Part shown: positions 20,336 to 29,423 of the stretch, in pieces
How the letters are laid out: each line of letters begins with the position of its first letter
Numbering within the stretch: the first letter of the stretch is position 1
Origin: Hyphomicrobiaceae bacterium
Lineage (GTDB): Bacteria; Pseudomonadota; Alphaproteobacteria; Rhizobiales; Hyphomicrobiaceae
Direction of reading: 5' to 3'
Length of the DNA: 61,041 bases
Assembly: GCA_050245975.1 (NCBI GenBank)
Contig: JBFWWW010000001.1
Location: 1-61,041, forward strand
Translations under genes and position numbers: made by a program
The notes under the pieces: model-generated
What the model was told of the DNA's origin: nothing
The model's database searches: none
Seen by the model: only the letters and a program-made list of their open reading frames with translations

Positions 20336-20958
20336 CTACTTATAGCTTCCCGGTTTCGGCAACTGCCGCGCGAACTCGGGCTTCAGTGTCGAGATCCAGG
20401 CGATCGGATCCTGGCCGGCCGGGGGCATGAGACTGTCGCCCTTGTAGCGGACCATGTCGCCGATGATCGGGAACGGCTGACCGGCGCCCTTCACGGTGAC
20501 GCCGACGATCTGATCGACCAAACCGTCATTGTCGGCGCGGGTCTGGGTCGAGCCGGTCAGGGTTTTGACGGTGCTGCCCTTCATCGCCCCGGCAAGCTCC
20601 GCGCGCGTCGGCCACTTGCCGCCGTTCTTCTGCATCGCGGTTTCGTAGGCCGCCTTCACATAGATCAGCGCATTCGCCATCTTGATCGACGGGAAGACGG
20701 GGTACTCGCCGAACCGCGCCTTGTAGGTTTCCGCGAGCTTGGCGGTGTCCGGATTGGCCTTACCGTCGGGAGACATCCACCAGCCGTCGCCCAGCACGCC
20801 GACGATCACGCCGTCGGGCAGCGGCACGCGCTGCAGGATCGTCTCGCCCAGCGCCAGAACGACCTGGCTCGACGCGAAGAGGCCGCGCGGCGAGGCCTGA
20901 CGCACGAAGTTCTCGAGATCGGCTCCCCACAGATTCGAGAAGATCACGTCCGGCCGCG
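20336..20958 (-). pseudogene. Leu/Ile/Val-type periplasmic substrate-binding protein, 5'-truncated (C-terminal half only)
   Basis: About 205 codons (...RPDVIFSNLWGADLENFVRQA...), with no signal peptide or N-terminal lobe. The frame runs into a stop a few codons upstream, where the aldehyde dehydrogenase remnant ends. Confidence 0.75.
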
Positions 20959-21966
20959 CGCGCCGGTGTCCGTGCTTTCATCCATCGGATCACCTATCCG
21001 AAGGGCCTCGACGGCCTCAACAACCCGGGACACCACGTCATCATAGATTTTTTCATGTATCAGCAGGCGTGAACCCGCCGAACAGGATTGGCCCTGCCGA
21101 GTAAAACGCATCCCTGTGACGATGCCGGGAACCACGAGATCCAGGTCGGCATCCGGCATCACGATATTTGGTGATTTTCCCCCGAGTTCCAAAGTGACGG
21201 GGCAGAGCTTGTCTGCCGCATAGTGCATGATCATCTTGCCGACCGAACTGGAGCCGGTAAACGTGACCTTCTTGACGAACGCATGCTCGACAAGCGGTCG
21301 ACCCGCCTCTTCACCGAAGCCCGTAATGGCGTTGGCCACGCCGGGCGGCAGAACCTCCTGCAAAATTTCAAAGAACCGTATGACGCAGAGAGGAGCTTGC
21401 TCAGCCGCCTTAAGAACAAGCGTGTTGCCTGCTGCCAGCGCGGGGCCCAATTTACACGCAGCCAGAAAAAGCGGGGCATTCCAGGGAATAATCGCACCGA
21501 CGACGCCGATCGGCTCTCGTGTCGTGTAGCAGAGCTTACCCGCTTCCCAAGGAATGGTTTGACCCTTTAGCTCGGGCGCGATTCCGGCAAAGTGACGGAT
21601 CGTCTCCAGCATTGCCCCTATTTCCGGTCGCGCCTGTGTCCTGAGCGCGTTTCCGGTTTCCAGGCACACAAGCAACGCGAGCTCTTCCGCCTTTGCTTCG
21701 AGTGCGTCGGCAGCCTTGCGTAAAAGATCTCCGCGCTCCCGCGCCGAGGTTCGACTCCAAGCCGCGAATGCTCGATGCGCGGCCGTAACCGCGCGATCCA
21801 CATCGGCCTGCCCACATCGAGGAGAGCATCCGACCTCGGATTCATCAGCCGGGTTCTCTACAGGAAAAACTTCCGTCGCCAGAGCACGGGTAAGCATGCC
21901 GTCAACTACGACGCGGCCAGATACCCGACGAGCACTTTCTAATGTCGAGAGAAGAGCGTTTGCCAT
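20944..21966 (-). pseudogene. NAD(P)-dependent aldehyde dehydrogenase, 3'-truncated
   Basis: The N-terminal ~335 aa are intact (FTGSSSVG, ELGGKSP, catalytic GQSCSAGSR, RIGDPMDESTDTGA). The sequence then ends abruptly (..ARGRT*). About 150 C-terminal residues are missing. Confidence 0.8.
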
Positions 21967-22151
21967 TTAGATGCCCATTGATCTGCATTGCAGAACAACC
22001 AGATTGATTTTGTAGTTCACTATAGACGCAGTGTATGCTCACCTACATAAACTTCAAGACGTCATAGTTCTGCATAGCAGACCGCCTATCAAACCAATGG
22101 TCCGCATTAGAACGGGCACAGAAAAGATCCAACATACGGAGGAGTTCGTTC

Positions 22152-23417
22152 ATGGCATCTCACAACAAAACTCGTCGCGAGTTCTTGAAGGATGGCGCCC
22201 TCGCAACTGGGGCAATGGGACTTTCACTGGGAGGGCTAGTGGCTCCCGCGGTCGGTCAGAGTCAATTTTCGGAATGGGGATGGCCGCAGCCGCGCGGCCA
22301 GGTTTTGGCCAAGTCTGTGGATTGGCTCAAGTCGAAGGGCTGGTGGCCGCTGCAGGTCGCGTGGAATCCGCTTTGGTCGGATGGGAACATCGTTCTATTC
22401 GCGATGCAGCACTACAAGCTCCTGCAGGCTCGAGGAATTGAAGCTCAGTTTCCGGAGTTTTTGATCGCAGGCCTCATGAACGAGGTGTTCGTGCCGGCAA
22501 AAATCCAGGTTGCACAAGCCGGCTCCCTGGGACTTCTCAGGATCATCGAGCTCAAAGTTCCCGTCGTCGCTCCGATTTGCTATCCGGCTCAGCGCCAGGG
22601 CTTCATGGTTCCCATTGACTCCCCCTTGAAAGGTTTGGCTGATCTCAAGGGTCAGAAGGTCCTCGGTCGCCCAGCTCAATGGGGCACTGCAATCGGAAGC
22701 GCCGTACACACCGGGCTCTTGGTTGCGGCAAAAGTTCTCGGACTCCGGGAAGGCGAGGATTTCCAGATAAAAAATATGTCCGCGGCAGACATGATGGCGA
22801 TGCCGAAGGGTGTTGATCTTGTGTGCATGTGGGAACCGAATATTACGTTGATGACCGAGTTCAGAAAGAACGCGCGCATCCTCGAGACGATGGCCGCGTA
22901 CACAATTTTTAACGGATACTCCTATCTTCGCGGCGAAATCGAAGAGAATGCTCCCGACGTTGTGCAAGCTTACGTCGACGCATTCATCGAGGCGCGCCTC
23001 CTTGTGAAGCTTAAGAGCCAGGAAGTGCTTGCCGCATTTGCTGCACACGACAGTCAGCGCGGGCGCGACCCAAAGTTGATCGCACGGGATGCAGAGACAC
23101 ACGTGCTGAACCCAAAACCCACGCTTAGCTATCCGTTTGAAGATACGCGAGGGTTCTGGGCTCCGCTCGAAACGTACCAGGCCAATATAATGACCGATGC
23201 CAATGTCCTGAAACGTCGCTTTACCGAAAACGACTTCAAGTCGGCATTGCGAACGAAATACCAGGCGGACACTTTCAGTCGCTTGGGTTGGTCGGTGCCA
23301 AAGCAACCGACATTCCTGCCAGCCAACTGGACAGGCGAGGTCGGGAAGCCCCCTACCCTCCATCCGGGCTTGAGGTTGCTGGAAAGCAGGAATTTCCTGA
23401 ACCAGGCGATCTCGTAA
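22152..23417 (+). CDS. NitT/TauT-family (NMT1-like) ABC substrate-binding protein with Tat signal
   Basis: N-terminal twin-arginine motif TRREFLKDGALATGAMG. RBS GGAG upstream. Followed by the cognate permease and ATPase. Confidence 0.7.
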   Translation: MASHNKTRREFLKDGALATGAMGLSLGGLVAPAVGQSQFSEWGWPQPRGQVLAKSVDWLKSKGWWPLQVAWNPLWSDGNIVLFAMQHYKLLQARGIEAQFPEFLIAGLMNEVFVPAKIQVAQAGSLGLLRIIELKVPVVAPICYPAQRQGFMVPIDSPLKGLADLKGQKVLGRPAQWGTAIGSAVHTGLLVAAKVLGLREGEDFQIKNMSAADMMAMPKGVDLVCMWEPNITLMTEFRKNARILETMAAYTIFNGYSYLRGEIEENAPDVVQAYVDAFIEARLLVKLKSQEVLAAFAAHDSQRGRDPKLIARDAETHVLNPKPTLSYPFEDTRGFWAPLETYQANIMTDANVLKRRFTENDFKSALRTKYQADTFSRLGWSVPKQPTFLPANWTGEVGKPPTLHPGLRLLESRNFLNQAIS

Positions 23418-23536
23418 GGGACTGGAGCTTCGGGGGCAAAACCTTCAAGGCTTAGCACAGTGTGGATCACGCGTTTTGCAGCTGGCGCAATACGTGGTCC
23501 ACGCACCACCTTCACTCTCCGGAGTTCCAAACTCTG

Positions 23537-24346
23537 ATGGCCGATATTGGCGAACCCAAAGCCGACGCGGGATTGGGACAGTCCCGGCTGGCCGATGCGG
23601 CCTATTCTTTAGCGCGCTACATTCCGCTACTTTTGTTTTTTCTTGCGTGGGAGATCGTCGCCCGCAACTTGCCGCTCTTGCAAAACATGCTCCCGCCACC
23701 GTCTGAGGTTCTCTATGGAGGGTGGCAGCTGCTCAGACAAGGAACACTGCAACGCGATATCGTTGCCAGTCTCAATCGCGTAGGCGTTGCACTCGCCTTT
23801 GCATCTTTGATAGGGTTTCCGCTCGGCGCAGCTTTAGGGGCGTCCGCTCGATTTGCGTGGTTCGCCGAGCCTATTGTCAATTTTTTCCGGCCCATACCTC
23901 CGTTAGCCTGGATTCCCCTATCGATCCTCTGGTTCGGGATTGGCGACGCTCAGAACGAGTTCATTATATTTCTGGCAGCCTTCTTTCCGATCGTCCTGAA
24001 CACGATGGAGGGAGTTCGGGACGTCGATAGGCGGCTTATCCGTGCCGCATCCACATTGGGTGCCGGCCGGGTCGCCATCGCACTTACAGTGATCCTGCCG
24101 GCGGCGCTCCCCTCAATGTTCGTCGGGTTCAGGATTGGCACCGGCATAGCCTGGATGGCGCTGGTTGCAGGAGAACTCGTGGCAGCGACATCAGGTCTCG
24201 GTTTCCTGATAAGCCAGGGGCGTTTGCTGTACCGAAGTGATTTCATCGTTGTCGGGATGTTGATGATTGGGTTGATCGGGCTCTTGCTCGATGCGCTCAT
24301 TCGTTTCCTGCAGGCTCGCGTGACCCCGTGGAGGGCAGATCAATGA
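23537..24346 (+). CDS. NitT/TauT-family ABC transporter permease
   Basis: ATG 23537 (MADIGEPK). Polytopic, with an EAA-like loop (EGVRDVDRRLIRAASTLGAG). Confidence 0.8.
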   Translation: MADIGEPKADAGLGQSRLADAAYSLARYIPLLLFFLAWEIVARNLPLLQNMLPPPSEVLYGGWQLLRQGTLQRDIVASLNRVGVALAFASLIGFPLGAALGASARFAWFAEPIVNFFRPIPPLAWIPLSILWFGIGDAQNEFIIFLAAFFPIVLNTMEGVRDVDRRLIRAASTLGAGRVAIALTVILPAALPSMFVGFRIGTGIAWMALVAGELVAATSGLGFLISQGRLLYRSDFIVVGMLMIGLIGLLLDALIRFLQARVTPWRADQ

Positions 24347-25116
24347 CGGGCCTTGTATCCGCTGTTGACGTTCGTGGTGTAACAAAGCTTTTTGGAACAG
24401 GCGGAGCTGCGACGCGAGCCTTAGATAATGTTTCGCTCAGCATTGGGCCTGATGAATTTGTATGCATCATCGGGCCAAGCGGGTGCGGAAAGACGACGCT
24501 CCTAAATATGGTGGCGGGGTTTGACTTTCCGACTGGTGGCTCAGTGAATGCGTTTGGGCATAAAATTACCGGCCCCGGTTCCGACCGCACGATGATGTTT
24601 CAGGACTATGCGTTATTTCCCTGGCTGACGGTCACAGGAAATATCGAGTACGGGCTCAAGCGCAATGGAACGCCCAAGGCGCACCGCAACGAGATCGTTC
24701 GTCACTACATTGAACTTATTGATCTCGGCGGATTCGAGGACAAATATCCCCATCAGCTGTCGGGCGGAATGCGCCAACGCGTGGCGCTCGCCCGGGCGCT
24801 GGCTGTCAAACCTGCAATGCTGTTGATGGACGAGCCGTTCGCTGCTCTTGATTCATTCACACGCGAGCGCATGCAGGATGAACTGGTTCGTGTGTGGCAA
24901 ACCGAGCGCAAGGCTGTTCTATTTATTACTCACAGCATCGACGAAGCACTCAAGTTGGCCGACCGGCTTGTGATCATGTCGGCCCGTCCCGGTCGCATCA
25001 CTGAAACGATCCGGATCCAGGCAGATCGTCCGCGGAACACCTTGAGCGCCGAGAATGTTGCTTTGGCGCAGAAGATCCGGGATCTCCTCCAGCAAGGAGG
25101 CAATGGTCAGTGCTAG
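24343..25116 (+). CDS. NitT/TauT-family ABC transporter ATP-binding protein
   Basis: Walker A GPSGCGKTT, signature LSGGMRQR, Walker B LLMDEPF. ATGA overlap with the permease stop. Confidence 0.85.
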   Translation: MTGLVSAVDVRGVTKLFGTGGAATRALDNVSLSIGPDEFVCIIGPSGCGKTTLLNMVAGFDFPTGGSVNAFGHKITGPGSDRTMMFQDYALFPWLTVTGNIEYGLKRNGTPKAHRNEIVRHYIELIDLGGFEDKYPHQLSGGMRQRVALARALAVKPAMLLMDEPFAALDSFTRERMQDELVRVWQTERKAVLFITHSIDEALKLADRLVIMSARPGRITETIRIQADRPRNTLSAENVALAQKIRDLLQQGGNGQC

Positions 25117-25161
25117 CTGGTCCAGCCAATTGGCCCGCACATAACTCAAAATGGACGCTGC

Positions 25162-26793
25162 ATGACCGCTGATGAATACGACTTCATAATCGTGGGAGCC
25201 GGTTCGGCGGGAAGCGTACTTGCGACGCGGCTGGCAGCAAGCAAGCGCTTCCGCGTCCTTCTCCTGGAGGCTGGAGGCAGCGACGCCAGATTGTGGGTGC
25301 GTATTCCACTCGGCATTGGCCGAATTCTCAACGACAGCCGCTACATCTGGGAAGCGCAAACCGAACCTGAAGTCGAACTGCACGGCAATCGCATTAGCCT
25401 GCAAAGCGGTCGACTGATTGGCGGCTCCAGTTCCGTAAACGGCATGGTTGTTGTCCGCGGCCACCCGAAAAAATATGACGCTTGGCGCGACATGGGCTGT
25501 CCAGGTTGGGGATGGGAAGACGTCCGTCCCTATTTCAAGCGACTCGAGGACTGCTCGTTCGGAAATCCCGAGCTGCGCGGACGAGGCGGACCCGTTTCAG
25601 TTACGCGCCTTGGTGGCGATCCTCTGGCCGATGCCTTCCTGCAAGCCAGCGTCGCAACCGGGATTGATCGGACCGAAGATTACAATGACGAGCAAGCGGA
25701 GGGAGCTGCACACATCCAGCTAAACACGCGCAACGGAATTCGTTGCAGTACAGGTTTGGCTTACCTGAAACCCGCGCGCGCATTGCCCAATTTTCACGTC
25801 ACCACCAATGCCATAGCCGAGCGGGTTGTCTTTGACGGCAGGCGAGCCGTTGGAGTGTCATTCATTCAAGGTGGGAGGCGCACGAATGCGCGTGCCCGCT
25901 GTGAAGTCGTTCTTTGTGCGGGCTCGATCCGCTCTCCACAACTTCTGGAACTCTCGGGTGTGGGACAACCCGACAGACTGTGCCGTCTAGGCATCGATGT
26001 TGTGTCCGAGCTGTCGGGGGTCGGTGAAAACCTCCAAGACCATCTCATGCCGAGGTTCTGCTACGAATCCTAAATTGCTACTTTAATTACGATGGTGACC
26101 AGCCGATCGCGGCTTGCTCGCGAACTTGCTCGATATCTATTATTCAGAGCTGGAGCTGTTGCTACGCCCTCCCTTACGGCCCTCGCATATGTCCGAAGCC
26201 ATCCGGGTGTTGAGTGTCCTGATATCCGTCTTCAACTTGGGTTGACGTCCGGCACCAGCCGCCTTGCTGCCAACAAGACCGGCGGCCTCGATAGTTTTCC
26301 GGGATTCCATATCGGGGGCTATCTCCTCTATCCCGAATCCAGAGGCAGTGTTCACAGCCGGTCTACGGACCCGACCCAAGCGCCCGAAATTCGGGTGAAC
26401 TATTTGTCAAACAAACTGGATCGCGACGTCACCGTCCGGGTGCTGCGAATGATCCGCCAGATCGCATCAATGCGCCCGCTCAGCGATTTTATCGTCCGCG
26501 AAGTGCGGCCTGGAAGTGCCGCGCAGGACGATCAGGAGCTCCTGGATTTCGCCCGTCGAACAGGATCAACATGCTGGCATCCCACCGGCACCTGCAAAAT
26601 GGGCAACGGACCTGATGCTGTGGTTGACAGCAGCTGCAAGGTTCATGGTCTTTTTGGGTTGCGTGTGATCGATGCTTCGGTTGTTCCGCGCATGGTTGCA
26701 AGCAACACTAATTTTCCCACCATGATGATCGCCGAGAAGATGGCTGACGCAATCCAAAGGGAATTTTGTACGGGCGACGCGAAGGCAAACTAG
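25162..26793 (+). pseudogene. GMC-family (choline-dehydrogenase-like) FAD oxidoreductase interrupted by an in-frame TAA
   Basis: The N-terminal ORF has the FAD motif [18 protein letters not shown]. The C-terminal ORF has HPTGTCKMG and VIDASVVP. Both ORFs (25162.. and 26092..) are in the same frame and are separated only by the TAA at 26071..26073. Confidence 0.8.
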
Positions 26794-26810
26794 GTTCTGT
26801 GAGGTGCGAC

Positions 26811-27797
26811 GTGGCGCTGCGAACGCGGCTTACCAGGAAGTTGGGTATTCAGCATCCGATTGTATTGGCGCCGATGCGCGGAATGGCGGGCGGCGCACTG
26901 GCGCGAGCTGTCAGTCGTGCCGGCGCATTCGGCATGGTTGGCGTAGGCGGATGGCATCATTCTGATTCAGACATCATGGATCGCGAGCTTCCGCTGGTCC
27001 ATGGTGAGAAGTTTGGGATTGGTCTGATTACGTGGGCTCTTGCGAATAGGCCTCACTTACTTGCGGAGGCCATCGAGCGGAGTCCAACGGCAATTATGTT
27101 CTCGTTCGGGAGCCCAGCGCCTTATCTTTCAAAGGTGCGGGATGCCGGCATCCTATCAATATGTCAGGTTCAGACTGTTCGCATGGCTCGCGAAGCTTTG
27201 GATCAAGGAGCCGACATCATTGTCGCGCAGGGAGCCGAAGCTGGCGGACACGGGGGATCTCGCTCGACATTTCCACTTGTGCCGGCGATTGCGGATGCAG
27301 TGGCCCGAGAAAACTCAGATTCAATCGTCGTTGCCGCGGGAGGGATCGCTGATGGCCGGGGCCTCGCAGCGGCTCTTATGCTTGGAGCGGAAGGCGTGCT
27401 GATGGGCACGAGATTTGCCGCAGCTTTGGAGTGCAGAATTGACGCTTTCACTCAATCCATCATGGTTTCCGCGGACGGCGACGAAACGCTTCGTTCCAAC
27501 GTCTTTGATGTGATCCGAGAGGCGAACTGGCCGAAGGAATTTACGGGCCGCGCAGTTGCAAACGGGATGAGCCATCAGTGGGAAAGGTGCCAGGAAAAAT
27601 TGGAAAGAGACGAGGCGGCGAAGGAGCGCTTCCGTCAAGCATTTGAGAAGCGAGATAGAGAGTACTGGACCGTTTGGGCTGGCGAAGCGCTGGACCTGAT
27701 CCACTCCATCCCCTCAGCCGCAAGCATAGTCGAGAATACGATCAGGGAAGCGGAAGCTACCATTGCGGAACGTTGCCGCGCCATAGAACGGCTTTAG
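26811..27797 (+). CDS. nitronate monooxygenase (NMO / 2-nitropropane dioxygenase-like, FMN TIM barrel)
   Basis: LGIQHPIVLAPM, IVAQGAEAGGH and VVAAGGIADGRG are canonical NMO motifs. Start assigned to GTG 26811, after GAGGTG. Confidence 0.8.
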   Translation: MALRTRLTRKLGIQHPIVLAPMRGMAGGALARAVSRAGAFGMVGVGGWHHSDSDIMDRELPLVHGEKFGIGLITWALANRPHLLAEAIERSPTAIMFSFGSPAPYLSKVRDAGILSICQVQTVRMAREALDQGADIIVAQGAEAGGHGGSRSTFPLVPAIADAVARENSDSIVVAAGGIADGRGLAAALMLGAEGVLMGTRFAAALECRIDAFTQSIMVSADGDETLRSNVFDVIREANWPKEFTGRAVANGMSHQWERCQEKLERDEAAKERFRQAFEKRDREYWTVWAGEALDLIHSIPSAASIVENTIREAEATIAERCRAIERL

Positions 27798-27980
27798 TCT
27801 GCTCCGAATTGAGGCCTGAAGAAGCGGACTTGGACGCGGACACCGGACAGCGCCGTAGGGCGGAGACGTCTGCTATCTCTGCCAAGCAATCGTATAGGGA
27901 CCAGATGCTGATACGGGGCTGGGTCAGAGAGCATGGTCGATGCTAAAAACACCAAGCTGTACAATAAGATATACTGAAAT

Positions 27981-28001
27981 ATTGGCGGAGACGGAGGGAT
28001 T
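27981..28001. repeat. attL: 21-bp direct repeat of the tRNA-Ser(GCT) 3' end
   Basis: ATTGGCGGAGACGGAGGGATT at 27981..28001 is identical to 53902..53922, which covers the 3' acceptor/T-arm end of the tRNA gene. Confidence 0.85.
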
Positions 28002-28047
28002 TTTCCGCCGCGATAGAGACCTGATATCGCGAGCACAACGCGTGCTT

Positions 28048-28068
28048 GTCTCGAGCCATCCCCCAACT
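28048..28068. repeat. pair of ATCCCCCA(A/G) motifs 12 bp apart (putative integrase arm-type sites, attL side)
   Basis: ATCCCCCAA at 28048 and ATCCCCCAG at 28060. The same motif pair, with the same 12-bp spacing and orientation, occurs at 53748/53760 near attR. Confidence 0.5.
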
Positions 28069-28140
28069 GATCCCCCAGTGCATCACGCCTTATAAGCCAG
28101 ACGCGCAATTGGGCCCCGGAAACGCAATCACACAACACGC

Positions 28141-28163
28141 AAAAAAGACGTTCCCTTCGGACG
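28141..28163 (-). terminator. Rho-independent terminator candidate downstream of the beta-lactamase-like gene
   Basis: The minus strand reads CGTCCGAAGGGAACG (short GC stem with a GAAG loop) followed by TCTTTTTT, about 20 nt after the stop at 28183. Confidence 0.5.
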
Positions 28164-28182
28164 ACAAGAGATTTCCACGTCT

Positions 28183-29037
28183 TTAGAGCTGCACCCAGCT
28201 CTGGCGCGCAAGCTCTGCAATGTGATCACGCGCTATGGCGCGTCCAGGCAGGCCGTCTTTCAGAGTCACCGGGATTGCATGGGTATAGACCGCCAGCGCG
28301 AAGATTGGGATCCCATCGCGATAGACGACGCCGGCGTCGCTCTCGTTGGACGGCCCCACGCCGGTCTTATGCGCGACCCGTGTCCCGGTCGGCAGAAGGC
28401 GCGGCAACCCACAGCGGAATTGCTGGCCGGCCAGAATGTCCAGCGCCATGCGGCACAGGCGCGTGTCGCACCCGAGGCGCGCGGCAGCCGCTTCATCGCG
28501 CGAGCCCGCGACAATCGCTGCCAGCAATCCGGCCACGTCATTCGCCGTCGTCGTGTTGATGCCGTCGAGCCCCGCAGGCGTCGGCTCGTTCAACAGGGAG
28601 CTGGCCGGCGCGACCGCCACGTGCCGCGTCCGCACCATGCCGGCGGCGCGCGAGTAGCGGTTGATTTCGTCAAGGTCGATCAGCTCGAGGATGGCCGCCG
28701 TGCAGCAGTTGTCGCTGACGATGATCATCAGGGTGAGCGCATCGAACAAGGTCAGCGACAGGCCCGGACGAAGAAAGCGCAGGCATCCGCTGTCGTTGTT
28801 CTGGTGGCGCGCCTCGATGACGAGGCGCTGATCGAGACACATCGTACCGGCAGCGACACGCGCCAGGCACGCCATGAGGATCGCGATCTTCCGCGTGCTC
28901 GCCGCCGGGACGACGGCATCACCGCCAAGATCGAGTTGCGCTGCCGTACGCAGGTCCACGAGCGACCACGTCACCGAAAACGGCTGCTTCCTGCTCAGGG
29001 CTGCGAGCCGATCAAGGAGGGCAGGCGGCGCGGTCAT
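28183..29037 (-). CDS. class A beta-lactamase-fold serine hydrolase, no signal peptide
   Basis: SxxK (ASTRK), SDN (VSDN) and KTG (HKTG) motifs occur in the correct order. The N-terminus MTAPPALLDRLAAL is not signal-like. ATGA overlap with the upstream DUF4387 gene. Confidence 0.75.
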   Translation of the reverse strand: MTAPPALLDRLAALSRKQPFSVTWSLVDLRTAAQLDLGGDAVVPAASTRKIAILMACLARVAAGTMCLDQRLVIEARHQNNDSGCLRFLRPGLSLTLFDALTLMIIVSDNCCTAAILELIDLDEINRYSRAAGMVRTRHVAVAPASSLLNEPTPAGLDGINTTTANDVAGLLAAIVAGSRDEAAAARLGCDTRLCRMALDILAGQQFRCGLPRLLPTGTRVAHKTGVGPSNESDAGVVYRDGIPIFALAVYTHAIPVTLKDGLPGRAIARDHIAELARQSWVQL

Positions 29038-29423
29038 CGAACATCGGGCGCGGGCAGCGTCACTTCCAGCGCCGTCAATGGCATGTGCTGCTGGCAGCCG
29101 TAGACATCGGTCTCGCCGGAATCACCCGACCCGACGGGCCGGCGTACAGTGATCTTGAATGCCAGCGCCGGGTCGTAGGCTCGACACACCAGCACCTCAT
29201 TGTGCGAGACGCCGTACAGGCTCGCGACGCGCTCCGCCGTTATGGCGCCGCTGGCCTTCACTGCCTCATAGGTCTCGCGCCTGTCGAACATGATGTCGAA
29301 CGTCAGCTCGAAGGGACCTGCGTTCTTGCTACGGATCACCGTCGCCAGGTCGGCAAGCCGGTGGATATTGGCGGGGGGCTTCAATTGCGCACCTCGACGA
29401 TCTGCATGGGAAAGATCTCGCAC
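29034..29423 (-). CDS. DUF4387-family protein (equivalent to the C-terminal module of long AtuA proteins)
   Basis: LADLATVIRSKNAGPFELTFDIMF is the characteristic DUF4387 N-terminal motif. The true start may be the TTG at 29384, which overlaps the AtuA-like stop (TTGA). Confidence 0.65.
   Translation of the reverse strand: MRDLSHADRRGAQLKPPANIHRLADLATVIRSKNAGPFELTFDIMFDRRETYEAVKASGAITAERVASLYGVSHNEVLVCRAYDPALAFKITVRRPVGSGDSGETDVYGCQQHMPLTALEVTLPAPDVR

Noticed and set aside
26071-26073. In-frame TAA in the GMC oxidoreductase as a possible recoding event
   Set aside because: Selenocysteine uses TGA and pyrrolysine uses TAG. No SECIS-like element was seen. A nonsense mutation or a sequencing error is the simpler explanation.
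27857-27868. GGGCGGAGACGT, a partial match to the tRNA-Ser acceptor end, as a possible third att copy
   Set aside because: Only about 10 nt match, and the acceptor stem is self-complementary. The match is too short to distinguish from chance.
27794-28138. 114-aa minus-strand ORF across attL
   Set aside because: It spans the att repeat and AT-rich non-coding DNA, with no RBS and no recognisable motifs.
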